The position numbers and the translations under genes were made by a program. The notes beneath the pieces were generated by a model. That model had not been told where the DNA came from. It saw only the letters and a program-made list of their open reading frames with translations, and did not search any database. A stretch of DNA of 64,000 nt from an uncultured Acidobacteriota bacterium (GTDB lineage Bacteria; Acidobacteriota; Thermoanaerobaculia; UBA5066; Gp7-AA6): positions 640,001-704,000 of the forward strand of contig CAVXTP010000022.1 in NCBI GenBank assembly GCA_963764715.1, written 5' to 3'. This document shows positions 60,436-64,000 of the stretch, piece after piece. Numbering within the stretch: the first letter of the stretch is position 1; every line of letters starts with the position of its first letter.

Positions 60436-61115
60436 TCGTTCTCGCGGGCGCCGGGTGGCACTTCCGAGGGCACCCACACGGTCTGGCCTTTCGTGCGGAT
60501 GAGCTTGCGGTCCTCGAACTGCTTGAGCATCCGCGTGACGGTCTCGCGGGTCGCGCCGATCGAGTTGGCGATCTCCTGGTGGGTCGGCCGATTGACGACG
60601 AAGTAGCCGTCGACGGGCGCCTGGCCCGACTCGTCGGCCAGCCGGAGGAGGTAGCGCGCGAGGCGTCCGCCGACGTCGAGCAGGGCCATCGACTCGATGA
60701 CGTCGTTGGCTTTGCGGAGCCGCGTCGAGAGCGTCTGCAGGATCTTGCGGGTCAGAGAGAAGTCGCGGGCGAGGACGGCGAGAAAGTCGGCCCGGGCGAG
60801 GGCGACGAGCTCGCAGTCGGCCGTCGCCGTGACCGAGGCGCTGCGGCCTTCCCCGCCGAAGAGGGCCATCTCGCCGAAGAAGTCCCCGGCCTGGAGGTGC
60901 GAGAGCACGACCTCGCGACCGTCGGGCGAGTCGACGGAGACCTTGACCTCGCCCCGGAGGATGACGAAGAAGAGGTCGCCGGGCTCGGCTTCCCGGATGA
61001 TGGGCGTGCCGGAGGCGTAGGTCCTCGCGGACGCGAGGCGGGACAGCGATTCCAGCTCGCCCGGCTCGAGCTCCGAGAAGAGTGCGACCTTGCGAAACAC
61101 GGCGGCGTCAATCAC
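60420..61115 (-). CDS. Crp/Fnr family transcriptional regulator (cNMP-binding)
   Basis: GDFFGEMAL...RSASV cNMP pocket; THQEIANSIGATRETVTR HTH. Confidence 0.93.
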   Translation of the reverse strand: MIDAAVFRKVALFSELEPGELESLSRLASARTYASGTPIIREAEPGDLFFVILRGEVKVSVDSPDGREVVLSHLQAGDFFGEMALFGGEGRSASVTATADCELVALARADFLAVLARDFSLTRKILQTLSTRLRKANDVIESMALLDVGGRLARYLLRLADESGQAPVDGYFVVNRPTHQEIANSIGATRETVTRMLKQFEDRKLIRTKGQTVWVPSEVPPGARENEWRRR

Positions 61116-62424
61116 GGTTCATGGCCTCCCCGGCCGGGAAGAGCGAGCGGAGACGGTCGAGGCCCCGGGTGAACTCCGCACCGCTGACGACCGAGCCACC
61201 CGATTCTGACAGGAGTTTGCACCTCGCCGCCACGCGAATCGCGTCCTGTCCGGCCTTTCCGGGCCCGGGGGCCCCCTCGAAGCACTCCGGCCGGGCGCCC
61301 GAGGGATCGAGACGCGCGGCGAGGAGCAGCATCATCCGGGCGGCCGAGGCGCGCGTCAGCGGAGCGTCCGGACGCGCGCGGTGCGTGTACGGGTCGACGT
61401 CGAGCAGGCCCAGGGCGAGCGCGCGCATCATGACCCGGCTGTCCCGTCGCTCGAGGACGTCGCTCGCGACGATGCCCGCCCCCACGACGACCGCCTCGCG
61501 CACCTCGGGGAAGTTCCACCAGACGAGGAGCGCCGCTCCCCCGCGCGTCAGCCGCCGGGCCCGGGCCGCCTGCCGCTCGGCATCCGGCCAGTTCGCGATC
61601 CGAAACGCCAGCCTCGCCTCGGCGGCGCGGTCGGCGAAGCGCGGGTCCCGCGCCGCGAGGCCGTCGAAGAGCGAGACGGCCGTGGCGTAGTCGCCGAGCT
61701 CCAGGGCGAGCGCGCCGGCGCGCTCCTCGACCGCGGCGTCGTCGGCGCCCAGGGCGATCGCCTCGCGGTAGTACCCGAGCGCCCGCTCCCGTTCGCCGAG
61801 CTCGCACTCGACGTCTCCGGCGCGGGTCAGGACCGCCGCCGACCGCGACGTCCAGCCGAGCGCGCGGGCCACCTGGCGCTCCGCTTCCTCCCGCCGGCCC
61901 TCGCCGGCGCTCGCGAGCGCCTGCTCGAGCAGGGCCTCGGCCGCCTCGGCGCGCAGGCCGTCGGCGCGCGCCGCGAAGGCGGGCCGTCCCGGCGCCATCG
62001 CGGCCGCGCGATCGTAGAGCTCCACGGCGCCGACCGGGTCCGCCGTGCGGGCGCGGGCCTCGCCGCACGCCACGAGAAGCGGAACCGTCGGCGGTCCGCC
62101 CTCCAGGGCGGCGGTGCAGGGCGCGAGGGCGTCGCCCGACCGGCGGCTCGCGACGAGGACCTCGATCGAGCCGATGGCGGCCGCCCGGCCGGAAGGACCG
62201 CGGTCGGGGACTCCCCGGAATTCGCGTCCGGCGGCTGCCGTGTCGCCGCGCAGGACCGCCTCCCACCCGCGCGCGACGGCGGCATCGAACGGCCCGCTCA
62301 GTCCTTCGCGCGGATCCAGCGGAAAGTGGTCCCGCGGCGCCGGCGGCGGGGCGCTCGCGCACCGCGCGAGGGCGGCGGCGCCGAGGACGGCGAGGAGGAC
62401 CCGTGGGGAAAGGCCGCGTCGCAT
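61108..62424 (-). CDS. TPR-repeat putative lipoprotein
   Basis: Hydrophobic stretch then LARC lipobox-like motif; Ala-rich helical repeats; C-terminal RPDAPLTR SLH-like motif. Confidence 0.7.
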   Translation of the reverse strand: MRRGLSPRVLLAVLGAAALARCASAPPPAPRDHFPLDPREGLSGPFDAAVARGWEAVLRGDTAAAGREFRGVPDRGPSGRAAAIGSIEVLVASRRSGDALAPCTAALEGGPPTVPLLVACGEARARTADPVGAVELYDRAAAMAPGRPAFAARADGLRAEAAEALLEQALASAGEGRREEAERQVARALGWTSRSAAVLTRAGDVECELGERERALGYYREAIALGADDAAVEERAGALALELGDYATAVSLFDGLAARDPRFADRAAEARLAFRIANWPDAERQAARARRLTRGGAALLVWWNFPEVREAVVVGAGIVASDVLERRDSRVMMRALALGLLDVDPYTHRARPDAPLTRASAARMMLLLAARLDPSGARPECFEGAPGPGKAGQDAIRVAARCKLLSESGGSVVSGAEFTRGLDRLRSLFPAGEAMNRD

Positions 62425-62455
62425 GCGCGGCGCGATTAGCGGCGGGAGGTCGCGA

Positions 62456-62677
62456 TCATGAGCCCGCGGGCAGACTCTCGGGTCGGATGGAGGCGATCGC
62501 ATGCTTGTAGATCATCTCCTCGCGCCCCTCGACTTCGAGCACCAGGGCGAACTTGTCGAACCGCCGGAGCCGCCCGAGCCGCTCTTCGCCGGAGGTCAGG
62601 CGGACGGTCACCGGCACGTTGTCCTTGCGGAGGTTGTAGAAGAACGAGTCCTGGACGTTGATGGGGGCCTTGTTCAT
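62456..62677 (-). CDS. hfq: RNA chaperone Hfq
   Basis: NVQDSFFYNLRK..VPVTV.L..G...G....FDKF, MIYKHAIASI; directly after miaA. Confidence 0.95.
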   Translation of the reverse strand: MNKAPINVQDSFFYNLRKDNVPVTVRLTSGEERLGRLRRFDKFALVLEVEGREEMIYKHAIASIRPESLPAGS

Positions 62678-63615
62678 CGCGTCTCCTCGTCGGTCCCTTC
62701 GGAAATCAGGGCGAAAGCGGCGGCCGGGCCTTCCTCGGGAGCGACCCAGCGGATCCCGCGCTCGCGCGAAAACCACGTCATCTGCCGCTTGGCGAGGCTG
62801 CGCGTCGCGCTCACGATCCGTTCCTGGACCTCCCCTTGGGGAAGGCGCCCGAGCACCCACTCGGCCACCTCCCGATACCCGATCGCCTGAAAGGAATTCG
62901 AATCCCGGGATAGACCGCCTTCGAGAAGCCGCCGGACTTCCGCATCCCACCCCGACTCGAGCATCCGGCGGACTCGATCTTCAATCCTAGCATGGAGTTG
63001 CGCACGCGACGGGCGAAGCCCCAGCTTTCGCACCCGAAACCGCTCGGACCAGCCGTCGGAGCCGACCGGCCGCGCCGAGGCGGGCGCGCCCGTCGACAGC
63101 ACGATCTCCAGCGCGCGCAGCGTGTACTTGAGATTCCCGACCGGGATTCTCGCGGCGGAGATCGAATCGTTCAACCGGAGAAACCGGTGCGCGGCCTCCG
63201 CTCCCCGCGACGCGGCCCACGCCGCGAGGGCGGGCCGGAGGGCGGCGGCCCGCACGGGCTCCGGAGGCAGGCCGCCGAGGAGCGCCGAAACGTAAAAGCC
63301 GCTGCCTCCGCAGACGATCGGCAGGCGGCCGCGCCGCGCGATGTCCTCGACGATCGGGCGGGCCTCGCTCGCGAACCGCCCGGCCGAGAATGGCTCCGCC
63401 GGATCCGCCACGTCGATCATGTGGTACCGGACCTCGGCGCGCTGCGCGAGCGTCGGCTTCGCCGTGCCGGCGTCGAGACCGCGGTAGACCGCGAAGGCGT
63501 CGGCCGAGACGATCTCTCCGCCGCGGCTCCGCGCGACCTCGTGCGCGAGGTCGGTCTTGCCCGAACCGGTCGGGCCGACGACGACGAGCAGCAGCGGACG
63601 ATGATCGGACGTCAC
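62674..63615 (-). CDS. miaA: tRNA dimethylallyltransferase
   Basis: VVGPTGSGKT, EIVSAD...VYRGLD.GTAKP, GGSGFY, AIGYRE, LAKRQMTWF; GTG 63615. Confidence 0.96.
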   Translation of the reverse strand: MTSDHRPLLLVVVGPTGSGKTDLAHEVARSRGGEIVSADAFAVYRGLDAGTAKPTLAQRAEVRYHMIDVADPAEPFSAGRFASEARPIVEDIARRGRLPIVCGGSGFYVSALLGGLPPEPVRAAALRPALAAWAASRGAEAAHRFLRLNDSISAARIPVGNLKYTLRALEIVLSTGAPASARPVGSDGWSERFRVRKLGLRPSRAQLHARIEDRVRRMLESGWDAEVRRLLEGGLSRDSNSFQAIGYREVAEWVLGRLPQGEVQERIVSATRSLAKRQMTWFSRERGIRWVAPEEGPAAAFALISEGTDEETR

Positions 63616-64000
63616 GGCCGCTCCCGTCCTCTCCAGTCGAGCCGGGTGTGCGTCGGCAGGAGCTCGACGAGGGCGTCCGAGCGCTCGTCGGTCCGCAGAA
63701 GGACGGCCCCGGAGCGCGAGAGCGTCGCGAGCGTGACGGCGGCCGGGTGACCGAACCGGTTCCGCCGTCCGCACGACAGGAGGGCCACGCGCGGGCGCGC
63801 GGCCTCCAGGAACGCCGGCGTCGTCGAGGTCCGGCTGCCGTGGTGCGCGACCTTGAGCGCGTCGACCCGCGCAATGGCGCCGCTCGCGGCGAGCGCCGCC
63901 TCGGTCGGGGCGCCGATGTCTCCCGTGAGAAGCGCCCGACGGCCGCCCCGTTCGACGAGCAGAACGGCCGACTGGTTGTTGATCGCGTCGGTCTTGCGGC
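63612..64000 (-). CDS. comEC: ComEC/Rec2 competence protein, C-terminal metallo-beta-lactamase domain (partial)
   Basis: Manual translation: NNQSAVLLV...LLTGDI...LKVAHHGSRTS...SCGRRNRFGHP...RTD; stop overlaps miaA GTG. Confidence 0.88.
   Translation of the reverse strand, partial: RKTDAINNQSAVLLVERGGRRALLTGDIGAPTEAALAASGAIARVDALKVAHHGSRTSTTPAFLEAARPRVALLSCGRRNRFGHPAAVTLATLSRSGAVLLRTDERSDALVELLPTHTRLDWRGRERP

Overview
Very GC-rich bacterial chromosome segment. Gene content and style suggest an Acidobacteriota (Thermoanaerobaculia-like) genome; this is inference from the Cys-containing SLH-type tails, the kinase-TolB/TPR protein and the FecR-DUF6600 protein. It is mostly housekeeping: an aroDE-trpE-trpG-trpD-trpC-trpF-trpB-trpA operon, cysS, def, acpS-ileS-lspA-lgt-rluD, ald, msrPQ, crp-like, hfq-miaA, the 3' end of comEC and tRNA-Gly(CCC), interspersed with secreted hydrolases. 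Features not shown by the ORF track: (1) a 16-aa WWW leader peptide with terminator/antiterminator, placing a shikimate-pathway aroDE fusion at the head of a Trp-attenuated operon; (2) an ECF sigma factor coupled to an O6-methylguanine methyltransferase with a C-terminal Ada-type Zn domain, possibly an alkylation-sensing sigma/anti-sigma pair; (3) a ~2440-codon Ser/Thr kinase locus with five tandem TolB-like/TPR modules split by two opposite frameshifts; (4) a gene next to tRNA-Gly bracketed by a ~180-bp diverged duplication in which one copy kept the coding sequence and the other the tRNA promoter; (5) paired GTAG-type REP elements, one with a 23-bp target duplication inside the trp operon; (6) a candidate UAS-IHF-sigma54 promoter, shared ECF-type promoters and a probable ATT start for lgt. 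No CRISPR array, integrase or transposase was seen. All calls come from reading motifs by eye, not from database searches.
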